Positions 18,888-30,500 of a stretch of 64,000 nucleotides of DNA are shown in pieces (within the stretch, counting starts at the first letter, position 1; each line of letters starts with the position of its first letter). The DNA lies in the NCBI GenBank assembly GCA_044220955.1, contig JBGAQA010000014.1:32001-96000 (forward strand). Direction: 5' to 3'. This DNA comes from Sandaracinaceae bacterium (GTDB lineage Bacteria > Myxococcota_A > Polyangia > Polyangiales > Sandaracinaceae). Made by a program: the position numbers and the translations under genes. The notes below the pieces were generated by a model. It ran no database searches and was not told the origin of the DNA. It was given only the letters and a program-made list of their open reading frames with translations.

Positions 18888-20588
18888 TCAGCCCCGCAGG
18901 AACGCCACGATCTCGCGGACCACCCGCTCGAGACGAGCGGATCCCAACTCGGGAAACACGGGGATCGCGAGAACCTCGCGCGTCGCACGCTCGGCCTCCG
19001 GCATCGAGCCTTCGCGATAGCCCAGGTACGCAAGGGCGGGCTGGAGGTGCAGTGCGAGCGGGTAGTACACCTCGCTGGCGATGCCGCGAACGCCGAGGTG
19101 CTTGCGGAGCTCGTCCCGCCGGGGAGTACGGATCACATACTGGTTCCACACGTGGCCGACGTCGGGGGCGGGCAGGCGAAGCACCTCCGGCGGCAGCTGC
19201 GCCGCCTCGAATGCCTCGCGGTAGGCCTCGGCGTTCCGCCTCCGAGCCTCCGTCCAGGTCGTCAGGTGCGGCAGCTTCACCCGCAGCAGGGCCGCCTGGA
19301 GCGCGTCGAGCCGGAAGTTCCCGCCGATCGCGGTGTGATGGTACTTGGGGCTCATCCCGTGGTGGCGCATGAGGCGCATGCGCGCGGCGAGGGCGTCGTC
19401 GGTGGTCGTGACGAGGCCGCCATCGCCGAACGCGCCCAGGTTCTTCGATGGGAAGAACGAGAACGCAGCGGCCAAGCCGAGCGTGCCGACGTTTCCGTCA
19501 CCGGCGCGCGCGCCGATCGCCTGCGCGGCGTCCTCGATCACCGGCAACCCGTGCTCTCGCGCGATGGCGAGAAGGGCGCGCACGTCTCCGGCCCGCCCGA
19601 AGAGGTGCACGGGCATGATCGCTCTGGTTCGGGGCGTGATCGCCGAGGCGATGCGGCTAGCGTCCAGGCAGTAGCTTGTCGGATCGATGTCCACGAACAC
19701 GGGAGTCGCGCCGACCCGCGCGATCGAGCCCGCGGTGGCGAAGAAGCTGAAGGGCGTGGTGATCACCTCGTCCCCCGGTCCGATGTTCATCGCCATCAGA
19801 GCGAGCAGCAGCCCATCGGTGCCGGACGAGACGCCGAGCGCGTGGGGAACGCCGAGGATCGCTGCACACTCGCGCTCGAAGCTCGCGACCTCGTCGCCGA
19901 GGATGAACTGGCCGCTGCTCATGATGCGCTCGAAAGCGGCACGGAAGGCGGGCAGGAGCGGCTCGTGCTCCGCGGCGAGGTCGACCGCGGGGATGGGGCC
20001 GTCATCGCGCTCGTCCGCAGGGGACCGGACACGACACGCGTCGTCGCTGACGATGTAGGCCTCGCCGGTTCGGGGGCAGAGGGGACGCGGCCCCTCGGGT
20101 AGGCGCTCGCCCGCTCGCGACATCCAACCAATGCGCCGCGCTGGGTTACCCACGACGAGCGCATGTGGCGGTACGTTCTTCGTCACGACGGCACCCGCCC
20201 CGACGAACGAATAGGCACCGACGTCGTGGCCGCACACGATCGTGGCGTTGGCGCCGATGCTGGCGCCGCGGTGCACTCGCGTTCCGCGGAACTCTGTCTT
20301 CCGTTCCACGAACGCGCGGGGGTTGTTCACGTTGGTGAACACGCAACTCGGTCCGAGGAAGACGTCGTCGTCGACCTCGACACCCTCGTAGATCGACACG
20401 TTGTTCTGGACCTTCACGCCGTTTCCGACACGAACCCCTCGGCCCACGAACACGTTCTGGCCGAGGCTGCAGCCGCGGCCGATCCGTGCGCCGGAGGAGA
20501 CATGCACGAAGTGCCAGACTCTGGTGTCGTCCCCGATCTCGGCTCCGGCATCGACGACGGCCGTGGGGTGTATGAAGGCTGCGCTCAT
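18888..20588 (-). CDS. Fusion of WbpD-like hexapeptide N-acetyltransferase and WbpE-like DegT aminotransferase
   Basis: N-terminal: [44 protein letters not shown]-terminal: [33 protein letters not shown]. One continuous frame. Confidence 0.88.
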   Translation of the reverse strand: MSAAFIHPTAVVDAGAEIGDDTRVWHFVHVSSGARIGRGCSLGQNVFVGRGVRVGNGVKVQNNVSIYEGVEVDDDVFLGPSCVFTNVNNPRAFVERKTEFRGTRVHRGASIGANATIVCGHDVGAYSFVGAGAVVTKNVPPHALVVGNPARRIGWMSRAGERLPEGPRPLCPRTGEAYIVSDDACRVRSPADERDDGPIPAVDLAAEHEPLLPAFRAAFERIMSSGQFILGDEVASFERECAAILGVPHALGVSSGTDGLLLALMAMNIGPGDEVITTPFSFFATAGSIARVGATPVFVDIDPTSYCLDASRIASAITPRTRAIMPVHLFGRAGDVRALLAIAREHGLPVIEDAAQAIGARAGDGNVGTLGLAAAFSFFPSKNLGAFGDGGLVTTTDDALAARMRLMRHHGMSPKYHHTAIGGNFRLDALQAALLRVKLPHLTTWTEARRRNAEAYREAFEAAQLPPEVLRLPAPDVGHVWNQYVIRTPRRDELRKHLGVRGIASEVYYPLALHLQPALAYLGYREGSMPEAERATREVLAIPVFPELGSARLERVVREIVAFLRG

Positions 20589-21541
20589 CGAGCGCCCCCC
20601 GCGAGCACGAACGGATGCGCCAACGCGTCGTCGCGCGTCGTCGGCGTGTTGCGGAGCGAGTGTACGAGCTCGATCGACGGTCGCGCGACCTCGATGCCGA
20701 ACCCGCGTCCGGCGAGCGTCTCGGCGTACACGCGTGTGTGCAGGTCGGTGAACCCCTCCGAGAACTCGACCTCCGTCCCATCGACGGTGATCGAACGAAA
20801 CGTCGTCTTCGCCGCCGCGCGAGCCGCTTCCGGGAGGTCGTTTCGATCCACCGACAGGAACCACTTCACGCGCGCGCGTTCGAGCTCGACGAACCCCGCC
20901 ATTCGGCGGGGCTCGTCGAGGTGGATGCGGCGGTCCGTTACCGGGCCGAAGAGCCAGCCCAGCAGATCGAAGAAGTGGATGCCGATGTTCGTCGGCACGC
21001 CGCCCGACTTTTCCGGCTGTCCCTTCCACGAGACGTCGTACCAAGGTCCACGGGACGTGACGTACGTCAGCGTGACCTCGCGTCGTGCGCCGACGTCGGT
21101 CGCGAGTTGATCGCGGAGCGACACCAGCGCGGGATGCACGCGGAGCTGTAGGAGATTGAAGATGCGATGTCCCGTCTCTTGCTCGACCTGCTGGAGCGCG
21201 TCGAGGTTCCACGGGTTGATGACGAGGGGCTTCTCGCAGATCACGTCCGCTCCGACCCGCAATCCCATCCGGCAATGCGCATCATGGAGATAGTTCGGTG
21301 AGCAGACGCTCAGCCAATGCACACGCGCGTGCTCCGGCCCGCGACGCAGCTTCTCCAGATAACGATCGAAGCGCTCGAACTCGGTGAAGAAGCGGACGTC
21401 GAACGAGTACTGGTCGAGGATGCCGACCGAGTCCTTCGGGTCGAGCGCGGCCACCAGCTGGTTACCCGTGTCCCGGATCGCCCGCAGGTGCCGCGGCGCG
21501 ACGAAGCCTCCCGCTCCCGTGATCGCGAAGTTCTTGCGCAC
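20585..21541 (-). CDS. wbpB: Gfo/Idh/MocA oxidoreductase, WbpB-like (UDP-GlcNAcA 3-dehydrogenase)
   Basis: [52 protein letters not shown]. Confidence 0.85.
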   Translation of the reverse strand: MRKNFAITGAGGFVAPRHLRAIRDTGNQLVAALDPKDSVGILDQYSFDVRFFTEFERFDRYLEKLRRGPEHARVHWLSVCSPNYLHDAHCRMGLRVGADVICEKPLVINPWNLDALQQVEQETGHRIFNLLQLRVHPALVSLRDQLATDVGARREVTLTYVTSRGPWYDVSWKGQPEKSGGVPTNIGIHFFDLLGWLFGPVTDRRIHLDEPRRMAGFVELERARVKWFLSVDRNDLPEAARAAAKTTFRSITVDGTEVEFSEGFTDLHTRVYAETLAGRGFGIEVARPSIELVHSLRNTPTTRDDALAHPFVLAGGAR

Positions 21542-21644
21542 CGCGTCTCTCGTGTCCTCGGAGGAAGGGGAGGTGTTGCACGCGCGCAGCCGAGAGTCAC
21601 GCGCAGCCGTTGGGTTGCGTGCGCGCGCCCGCTCGTTCGACGTG

Positions 21645-23537
21645 TCAACGCGAAACGGACGCTCGGGCCGGCGCTCGATCGTCACCCTCGGCACCTCTTC
21701 GGGGCCAGGCCGCGAAGAACCGTCGCTCCGTGGCCGCCGCCCAGCGTTCCGACGGAGCTCCGGGCGCGGCATCGCCCCGGGGCGGTTCCGGGATGCCGAA
21801 GCCTTGTTTGGGGCGCGCAGCGACGGTCGCGCCGACGCGTCGCTCCGCGGCGCGCCTGAGCACACGCTTGAACGTCCCTCGATGCATCTTGAACGCCAGC
21901 GGGAGGCTCATTCCGAGCTCGACGATCCGGTAGTCGAGCAGCGGCGCGCGCGCCTCGAGCGAGTACGCCATGGTCGCCCGGTCGACCTTCACGAGCACGT
22001 CGCTCCGTAGATACGTGACGAGGTCGAGCGCTCCGAGTAGTTCCGGCAGGCTCCTCGCCTGCGCGGCGTCCCAGGCGTACGCGGGGAACGTCGTGCGAGC
22101 GTACCGGAGCAGCGACGGGGGCAAGCGCGTCCGATCGACCGGCTCGAGCGCTTCGCGCTGCCGAGCCGAGTGGAAACGCTCGTACAGGTCGTCGGGGCGC
22201 TCGCTCCGGAGGGTGGCCTGCAGGATCGCCTTCTTGTTCTCGAGCGTCCCGACGTTCAGCCCCAAAGCGCGTACCGAGACCCGCAGCGCCGCAGACCCTG
22301 CGCGGGTCGACAGGAGCTTGCTGGCGATGGAGGGCCCGCCGGGGAACCAGGCCACGCTTCGCCGCATGCGCCACAGGCGCTCCGGGTACCCGAGCCATGG
22401 ATAGCCGAGGAAGACCTCGTCTCCGCCGTCGCCCGTCAGCACGACGGTCACGCGGCGACGTGCGGCTTGCGCGTTCGCCATCGTCGGAATCTGCGAGACG
22501 TCGCCGAGCGGCTCGTCGTAGTACCAGGCGATCTTGGACACCTGTTCGTCGTATGCATCCAGCTCGAGCGAGAGCCGTTCGAATCCGAGCCCGAGGCGCC
22601 TCGCGGTATCCTCGGCGACGCTGGACTCGTCCAGTTTCGGGTCGGCCGATCCGATCGTGAACGCCGTCGTAGAGCGTGGCGCGGCGCGCGCGACACTGGC
22701 CGCCACCAACGACGAGTCGATTCCTCCAGAAAGAAAGACGCCTACTGGGACGTCAGCGTCCAGGCGAATTCGCGTCGCGTCGTCGAGGAGCTCGAGGACC
22801 CGGTCCACGCCGTCGTCGAGGCTCCCGTGGAACACGCGGCCGCACGCCGCGAGCGGATCCCAGTAGAGGCGCGGAATCACGCTCGGTAGACGCTCGCTGG
22901 CGAGCGAAAGGCGCGCGAACGAGGCCGCGGGGAGCTTGGAGATGCCCTGCCAGATGGAGCGGTTGTCCGGCACGTAACCCAGCCACCGGAAGAGCGACAG
23001 GGACGTCTCGTCCACGAGCAAGGGCGCGCCGAGCTCGACGAGTGCCTTGATCTCGGAGGCGAACAGAAGCCGCTGCTCGTCGCGGTAATAGTAGAGTGGT
23101 TTTTTCCCGAGCCGGTCACGCGCGAGCACGATCTCCGTGCGCCGCACGTCCCACAAGCCCAGGGCCAGCATCGCGTTGGTTCGCTCGAGGAACTCCGGCC
23201 CGTGGAGGAGCAGTCCAGCGAGAAGCACTTCCGTGTCGCTTCGCGACCGGATGGGCGTCAGGGGCTCCATCTCCTGCCGGAGCGAGCGATGGTTGTAGAG
23301 TTCGCCGTTGAAGGTGATCGCGCCCCCGGGCCGCTCCATCGGCTGCGCTCCCGCAGGGGAGAGATCGACGATCGCGAGTCGCGCGTGGCCCAGCCAGACC
23401 TCCCAGTGCGCCGTCCGCCCAGCGAGCAGCACGCCGCGCCCATCCGGGCCGCGGTGGCGCAGCGAGCCGACCGCGCGCTCGAGGTCGGGCGCCGTGAGCG
23501 CGCCCGGTCGCACCACCGCGCCCACGATCCCGCACAT
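21645..23537 (-). CDS. asnB: Asparagine synthase (glutamine-hydrolyzing), polysaccharide-associated amidotransferase
   Basis: MCGI N-terminal Cys, HRGPD, FNGELYN, RDRLGKKPLYY, LSGGIDSS, TGDGGDE, KVDR, EARAPLLD. Confidence 0.93.
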   Translation of the reverse strand: MCGIVGAVVRPGALTAPDLERAVGSLRHRGPDGRGVLLAGRTAHWEVWLGHARLAIVDLSPAGAQPMERPGGAITFNGELYNHRSLRQEMEPLTPIRSRSDTEVLLAGLLLHGPEFLERTNAMLALGLWDVRRTEIVLARDRLGKKPLYYYRDEQRLLFASEIKALVELGAPLLVDETSLSLFRWLGYVPDNRSIWQGISKLPAASFARLSLASERLPSVIPRLYWDPLAACGRVFHGSLDDGVDRVLELLDDATRIRLDADVPVGVFLSGGIDSSLVAASVARAAPRSTTAFTIGSADPKLDESSVAEDTARRLGLGFERLSLELDAYDEQVSKIAWYYDEPLGDVSQIPTMANAQAARRRVTVVLTGDGGDEVFLGYPWLGYPERLWRMRRSVAWFPGGPSIASKLLSTRAGSAALRVSVRALGLNVGTLENKKAILQATLRSERPDDLYERFHSARQREALEPVDRTRLPPSLLRYARTTFPAYAWDAAQARSLPELLGALDLVTYLRSDVLVKVDRATMAYSLEARAPLLDYRIVELGMSLPLAFKMHRGTFKRVLRRAAERRVGATVAARPKQGFGIPEPPRGDAAPGAPSERWAAATERRFFAAWPRRGAEGDDRAPARASVSR

Positions 23538-23553
23538 TGGAGCGCGCTTGGCT

Positions 23554-24138
23554 CTATTCCGAGGCCGCCGGCGGGATGTACGGGATCGCCTGATCTGCGA
23601 TCACTGGCGTGAGCGACACGTCCCCCGTCGGCGCGTTCGGGTCAATCTCCGTCACGACGCGGGTCGTGCCCGTCTCGAACATCGACTGGCCGACGCAGAG
23701 GTTCGCGTCGCGCTCGAGCTGCTCGAAGGTCTGGCCGAGCACCGTGATGACCGTGTACTCGTGGTTGCGGCGCCCCACGTCCAGCAGCGTCACGGCCTCC
23801 TGCAGCGAGACGATGCGCTCGTCGAGCGTCTCGATGTGCGCGTTGATCTGCGTGAGCTTGTCGTCGACGCATGTGACGCGGACGACGTCCCCTTCTCGCC
23901 GCCCCTCGTCCAGCATCCCCATCACGCGGCGCTGGAGGCCGTGCGCGTTCGTCTGGATGTGCTCAGCTTCCGCGAGCTGTTCCTCGGGAGTCAGGTCGGC
24001 CCGCCGCTGGACACCCGTGGAGGCGTCTTCGCCGCCCTCGTCGTCCGACGGGCCGGACGCTCCGGAGCCCTGAGCGTAGGCGAAGCCCGCAGCCCCGACG
24101 AGCAAGACGGCACCAATTACCGCGATCTTTCGCATCAT
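23554..24138 (-). CDS. Secreted alpha-helical hypothetical protein
   Basis: Sec signal peptide (AYA|Q), helical heptad character, two Cys. Ends 16 nt before the asnB start. Confidence 0.75.
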   Translation of the reverse strand: MMRKIAVIGAVLLVGAAGFAYAQGSGASGPSDDEGGEDASTGVQRRADLTPEEQLAEAEHIQTNAHGLQRRVMGMLDEGRREGDVVRVTCVDDKLTQINAHIETLDERIVSLQEAVTLLDVGRRNHEYTVITVLGQTFEQLERDANLCVGQSMFETGTTRVVTEIDPNAPTGDVSLTPVIADQAIPYIPPAASE

Positions 24139-24159
24139 TCGAACCTCGTCCGACCAGAC

Positions 24160-24194
24160 GCAGCCAACGTACCAGTGGCGGTCCGGGGGGTCAA
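24160..24194 (-). promoter_or_regulatory. Promoter: sigma70-type TTGACC-N17-TACGTT overlapping a sigma54-type TGGTACG-N4-CTGC
   Basis: Read on the minus strand just upstream of the GAGG RBS and ATG of the 24138 gene. Both spacings are exact. Confidence 0.5.
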
Positions 24195-24586
24195 CGAGAC
24201 CTGTTGCGAGGCGGGGCCGGTTGGTTCATCCATCGCGCTCCCGCCCACGAGGCGTACCGCGCGATCGACCTCGAAGCGCTCGCCTCGCGTGTCCGGCGCC
24301 GGGTGCTCGTCGACGGTAGGCGGGTGATCGACCTCGTCCGCGCGCGCCGCGCCGGGTTCCAGATCCGCGCGATCGGCCTCCCGCACGGCCCCCGCTGAGC
24401 GGGGTTTTCGACGTCGAATTGGCGCTTGCGATCGTGCTCCGCGCGTGCGTACCATCGCGCACGACGCAGCGGTGAGCTGCGCGAATTCGCCTATTTTTGC
24501 CTAGGATAATGCGGTTCGTCGCCGGAGCTCGGCGACAGCCGCTCCCGGTCGTTCGACGCATTCGCGAGAGAACGGAGACCCCCCGC

Positions 24587-27500
24587 GTGCTGACCGTATC
24601 GAACCTTCTCGGCGCCCTTCAGGAGGACCCGGACCAGGAGCAGACGATCGTCGATCTGCGCGACGCGCTGGCGAGCGGCGATCGTGCGCGGACGGGTGAG
24701 GCACCCTTGCGGCTGATCGCGCTGGCGCGCGAGCAGCACGAGGCGCGTCACGAGTGGACGGCGGCCGCTGGCCTGCTCTCGATCGAGATCGACCTGACCA
24801 AGGACGACGTCGATCGCCGCGCCGCGCTGCTCGTCCGCCTCGGGCGCATCCATCGCGAGGAGCTCCTCGACGACGAAGCCGCGAAGGTGGCGTACCAGGC
24901 GGCCAAGGAGCTGCGGCCGGGCGACGGGGACATCGAGGAGGCGCTCGAGGGGCTCGTCGCGGCCGAGGAGAACTGGAAGGACTTCGCGAAGCGCTTCGTG
25001 ACCGAAGCGGAGACGACCAGCGAGCCTTCGCTCAAGACGTCGCTGCTGGTGAGCGCCGCGATGCTCGTCTGGAAGTACAAGAAGAAGGGGCGCGACAAGG
25101 ACGTCGACCGCCTCTTCAAGCAGGCGCTCGAGGCCGACCCGGGCGATGCGCGCGCGGCGCGCTTGCAGGCGCACACGCTCCGCAAGCGCGAGAAGTTCGA
25201 CGAGCTCGCCGCGGCGCTGCTGGAGGCCGGCGAGCGGACCAAGACACGCGAGGATCGCCTCTTCTTCTACCGACAGGCCGGCCGTACGTGCGCTCGGGTC
25301 CTCAAGCAGAAGGACCGCGCCGCCGCCTGCTTCGAGCGTGTGCTCGACTTCGCCCCGGGTGACGAAGAAGCGATGGGCTTCCTCGTCGAGCACTTCACCG
25401 ACAAGGAGGCCTGGGATCACCTCGTCGCGCTCTACGACGACGCGCTGCGCTCGCGTCACAAGCTCGACAACGAGCTCGGGATCGTCCTGCAGATCGCCAT
25501 GGTCCACTGGCGCTTCCGGCAGGCGCCCGCCGACGCCGAGCCCTACTTCGCGCGCCTGCGCAAGGTCGACCCCGCTCACCCGGGGATGATCGCGTTCTAC
25601 CGCGACTACCTCAGGGCCATCGGCGACCACGCGAAGCTCGTCACGGTGCTCACCGACGCGCAGCGCGTCGCCAGCGATCCGAAGCAGAAGCTCGACCTCG
25701 CCGTCGAGCTCGCCAAGGCGGCCGCCTCGAGCGGCGCGACCGATCGCGCGATCGACGCGTGGAAGGCCGTCCAGCGCATCGACCCCCACCACGCCGAGGC
25801 GCTCCCCGCGCTCCGCTCGCTCTACCGCGCGGGAGGGAAGTGGAACGCGCTCGTCGAGATCCTCAAGAACGAGATCGAGGCGCTGCCGGAGGGGGCCGAC
25901 GATCGCAAGGTCGCGCTGCTCCGGGAGACGATCCCCATCTACCAGAACGAGCTGAAGCTCGACGTGATGGTCATCAACACCTGGAACGCGATCCTCGCGA
26001 TCCGTCCCCAGGACCACGACGCGCTCGACGCGCTCGCTTCGACGTACGAGCAGATGGGGCGCTGGAACGACCTGATCCAGGTGCTCGGGAAGAAGGCCGA
26101 CGCCGGCACCGATCCCAAGCAGCAGGCCGCGCTCTACATGCGCGTCGCGAAGCTCTGGATCGACCGCTTCGCGAACTACAACCAGGCGACGCGCCCGCTC
26201 GAGCAGGTCGTCGAGAAGGATCCGACGCACCGCGAAGCGCTGATGCTCCTGAAGGACATCTACACGAAGAAGCGCTCGTGGAAGCAGCTCTACGACGTGC
26301 TCCGCGCCGAGTCGGAGCTCGCGAGCGATCCCGACGTGCGGCAAGCGCACCGGATCGAGCTCGCGCGCATCGCGGGTGAGCGCCTGCACCGCGCGAGTGA
26401 CGCGATCGCGATGTGGAAGGAGGTGCTCGCGCACGCCGGTTCTGCCGGAGGCACGAGCGTGGACGAGGCGCTCGACTCGCTCGAGAAGCTCGCCGATCGC
26501 GAGAAGGACTGGGCGACCGTCGCGGAGGTCCTCGAGCGGCGCGTGGCGGACCCGAAGACGGACGAGAAGGAGACGATCAAGCTCCTGACGAAGCTCGGGA
26601 CCCTCTACGGCGAGCAGATGAACGACGGCGCGAAGGCCGCCGGGGCGTGGAAGCGGGTGCTCGCCATCGAGCCGAAGAACGGGCGCGCGCTCCGCACCCT
26701 GCGCGAGTCGTACGTCTCCGCCGGCGACTGGCCCTCGCTCGAGCAGCTCTACGGTGAGGCGAACGACTGGGACGGCCTGGCCGAGGTCTTCGGCAACGCG
26801 GCCGAGAAGGCCGAGGATCCCGCCGCCCGCGTCGACCTGTCGTTCCGCGCGGCGGCCGTGTACGAGACGCGGCTCAACCAGCCGCACCGCGCGTTCCGCA
26901 GCTACGAGCGCGCCCTCGCCACCGACCCCAGGAACGACCGCGCCGCCCGCGCGCTGCTTCCGATCTACGAGAAAGAGGAGAAGTGGGGGCGTGTCCCCGC
27001 ACTGTCCGAGGTGATCCTCGCCAACCTCGCCGTGGGCGGCGAGGCGACCCGGAGCGAGCGGCTCTCCATCCTCGAGCGCCTCCGCAAGCTCGCGAGCGAC
27101 CGGCTGAACGACCCGCAGGCGGCCGTGCGCTGGGCGGTGCAAGCGTTCGAGATCGATCCCACCGGCGCGGGCACGCGCGAGACGCTCTTCGCGACGGCCG
27201 AGAAGGCCAGCACGCCCGCGGCGTGGTCGGACGTGGAGAGGGCGCTCAGCGCCCGCCTCGGGTCGGCGAGCGGAGACGAGAGCCGGTGGCTCCGCGCGCA
27301 GATCGCCGCGATCGCGGGCGACCGCCTCGGACAGACGGATCGCGCCGTCGAGCAGCTGCGGGCGATGCTCGCCGCCGACCCCAAGGACGCGGACGCGGCG
27401 AGCTCGCTCGACCGCGTGCTGAGGGGCGCGGGGCGGCACGAGGAGCTCCGTGCGCTCTACGCCCACCGCATCGAGCACGCGGCGGACGATGCCGAGCGCT

Positions 27501-30500
27501 GGCTGCTGGTGTCCGAGCAGGCGCGGCTCGAGGAGGTCGAGCTCGGTGACAAGAGCGCCGCCGCCGCGCTCTACCGGCGCGCGCTCGAGCTCGACGCCAG
27601 CGATCGGGAGGCGCTCGCCGCGCTCGATCGCCTGGCGACGGAGGGTCGTCGCTACGACGAGCTGGCGGGCATCCTCGACAAGCGGCGCGACCTGGCCTCG
27701 TCCGATGCCGAGCGTGTCGATCTCACCCTGCGCCTCGGCGAGACCCTCGCGGGGCCTCTCGGCAAGCCGGGGCCGGCGAAGGAAGAGCTCGCGAAGGTGC
27801 TGGCGGCCAGGCCCACGGACGCGAGGGCCATCGGCCTGCTCGAGGAGATCGCCGCCTCGCAGCCGACGCTGGGCGACGCGATCGGCCGGGTGCTGGAGCC
27901 CGCGTACGAGGCGACCGGCTCTTGGGAGAAGCTGCGCGGCGTGCTCTCCGCTCGGATGGCGACGAGCCAGGACGGCGAAGAGCGGCGGGCGCTGCGCCTG
28001 CGCTTCGCCGATCTCTCGACCGAGCGGGCCAACGATCCGAACAGCGCGTACACCGTGCTCGAGGGGGCGTTCCTCGACGACCCCAAGGACACGACCCTGT
28101 GGGATCGGCTGCAGCAGGCGGCCGAGCGCGCGGGCAAGCAGGCGGAGGCGGCGGCCGCCATGGCGACGGCGATCGATGCCGGCGATCTGCCCCAGGGGGA
28201 TCAGGCGGCGCTCAGCAAGCGCGTCGCTGCGATCCACGCCGAGGTGCTCGGTCGCGCCGAGGACGCCGAGCCCTTCCACAAGCGCGTGCTCGCCTTCGAC
28301 CCCTCGGACGAGGATTCGTTCAACGCGCTGAAGGAGCTCTACACCGAGAAGGAGCGGTGGAACGATCTGCAGACGCTCTACCGCACGCGCATCGCGCAGA
28401 CGGTGGACGCGGAGGCCAAGCTCGACCTGCTCCTGCAGCTCTGCTTCCTCTTCGAGGAGCTGATCGACGATCCGTCCGCGGCGATCAGCGTGTACCGCGA
28501 CGTCCTCGAGATCGATCCCCGTCACGTGGCGGGCCGACGCGCGCTCGACAGGCTCTACGTGCGTACGGAGCGCTGGGCCGATCTCGCCGAGCTGCTCCGC
28601 GGGGACCTCGATCAGCAGGACGGCGACGAGGCGACGGCGACGATGGTGCGCCTCGGCGAGGTCCTCGAGACCAAGCTCGCGCAGCCCAAGGAGGCCGTCG
28701 ATCAGTACGAGGCGGCGATCAACAAGTCTCCCGATCACGACGGGGCGCGCGCGGCCCTCGAGCGGCTGCTGGCGAGTCCCTCGCAGCGCCAGCGAGTCGC
28801 TGCGATCCTCGAGCCGGTCCACGAGATGCGAGAGAGCCACGCGGATCTCGCGCGCGTGCTCGAGGTGCAGCTGGAGGCCCAGGACGACAAGGGCGCCAGG
28901 GTCGCGCTGCTCACGCGCATCGGTCAGATCCACCAGGGCAAGCTCGGCGACGCCGAGGCCACCTTCCGCGCCTACGCGCGGGCGGTCGAGCTCGATCCGT
29001 CCGACGCGGGCCTGCGCGCGGAGCTCGCCAGCGCGGCCGCGCAGCGCGGGGCGCACGCCGATCGCGCAGAGGTGCTGGAGAAGGCGCTCGCCGGCGCGGG
29101 CGACGACATGGCGCTCAAGCGTGATCTCGGCCGCGAGATCGCCCTGATCTGGGACGACATGCTCGGGGACGCCGCCCGCGCGGAGAACGCCTACAGCCGC
29201 CTCATCCAGGACGCCGAGGGCGACGCGGAGACGATCCTCGAGGCGTCGCGTGCGCTCGAGCGCATCCACGTCGCGAGCGGCGACCACGCCAAGCTCGCCG
29301 TCGACCTCCGCCGACAAGCCGACCTCGAGAGCGATCCCGAGCGCAAGCGCCAGCTCCTCGTGCGCCTCGGTGATCTCGTCGAAGAGCACCTCGGCGACCG
29401 CGCGCAGGCCATCGCGATCCAGGAAGAGCGCCTCGTGAACGATCCGAGCGACGCCGACGCGCTGCGGGCGCTCGAGCGCCTCTACGAGGCGGCCCAGAGC
29501 TGGTCGCCCCTCGCGGGCGTGCTCGAGAAGCTCGACGCGTTCGCGGCGAGCGACGACGAGCGCAAGCAGCTCGCGCGGCGCATCGGAGCGATCCGCGAGA
29601 CCAAGCTGGGCGACCGGGACGGGGCCATCGCGGCGTACAACGAGGTCGTCCAGCGGTTCGGCACGGATCGCGAGTCGCTCACCGCGCTCATCCGGCTCTA
29701 CGAGGCCGCCGAGCGCTGGACGGACCTCCTGGAGGTCGTCCTCATGGTGCGCGACCTGATGGGCGTCGGCGCCCCACGCACCGGGCTCACGTTCCACGCG
29801 GCGGAGCTGATGCGGACGCAGACGAACGAGATCGAGCGCGCGATCGAGGCCTACCAGGAGGTCCTCGAGGCCGACCCGCACCACGAGGGCGCGCTCGGTG
29901 CGCTCCACGACATCGCGCTCGACCCCGAGGCCTCCGAGCGCTTCGCCGCGGCGCGCGCGCTGCGGCCTCGCTACGAGTCGGGCGCGAACTACCCCGCGTT
30001 GATCGAGATCCTGCAGGTGCTCGCCAGCGGCGACGACCCGTCCGAGCGCCTCTCGGCGCTGCGTCGCGCGGCCGAGATCGCCGAGGGCCCGCTCGCGGAG
30101 CCGGGCAAGGCGTTCGATCTCGCGATGCGCGCGGCGCGTCTCGCGACCACCGAGCCCGAGATCGGCCCGCTGCTCGCGGACGGCGAGCGGCTCGCAGCCG
30201 CGTCCGACCGGTGGACCGACTTCGCCACCAACCTCATGGAGGTCGCGCCCGAGATCGCCGACGCCGACCTGCAGGTCGACGCCTACCGGAAGATCGCGAC
30301 GATCGCCGAGAACCGCCTCGCGGACACCGACACGGCGCGCCAGTACTACGAGAAGGTGCTCACCGAGCGCGGCGACGACCGCGCCGCGTTCGACGCTCTG
30401 GAGCGAATCGCGACCGCCGGAGAGAGATGGCCCGCGCTGCACGAGCTGCTCGTCCGCAAGACGGACACCGTGACGAGCCCCGAGGAGCGCGTGCAGCTCC

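Noticed and set aside
15224..21865. Apparent long N-terminal fusions on GT4 (883 aa), HisH, WbpD-E (795 aa) and WbpB
   Set aside because: The extensions overlap neighbouring genes in other frames and arise from stop-codon scarcity. Only the WbpD-WbpE fusion has real domains on both sides.
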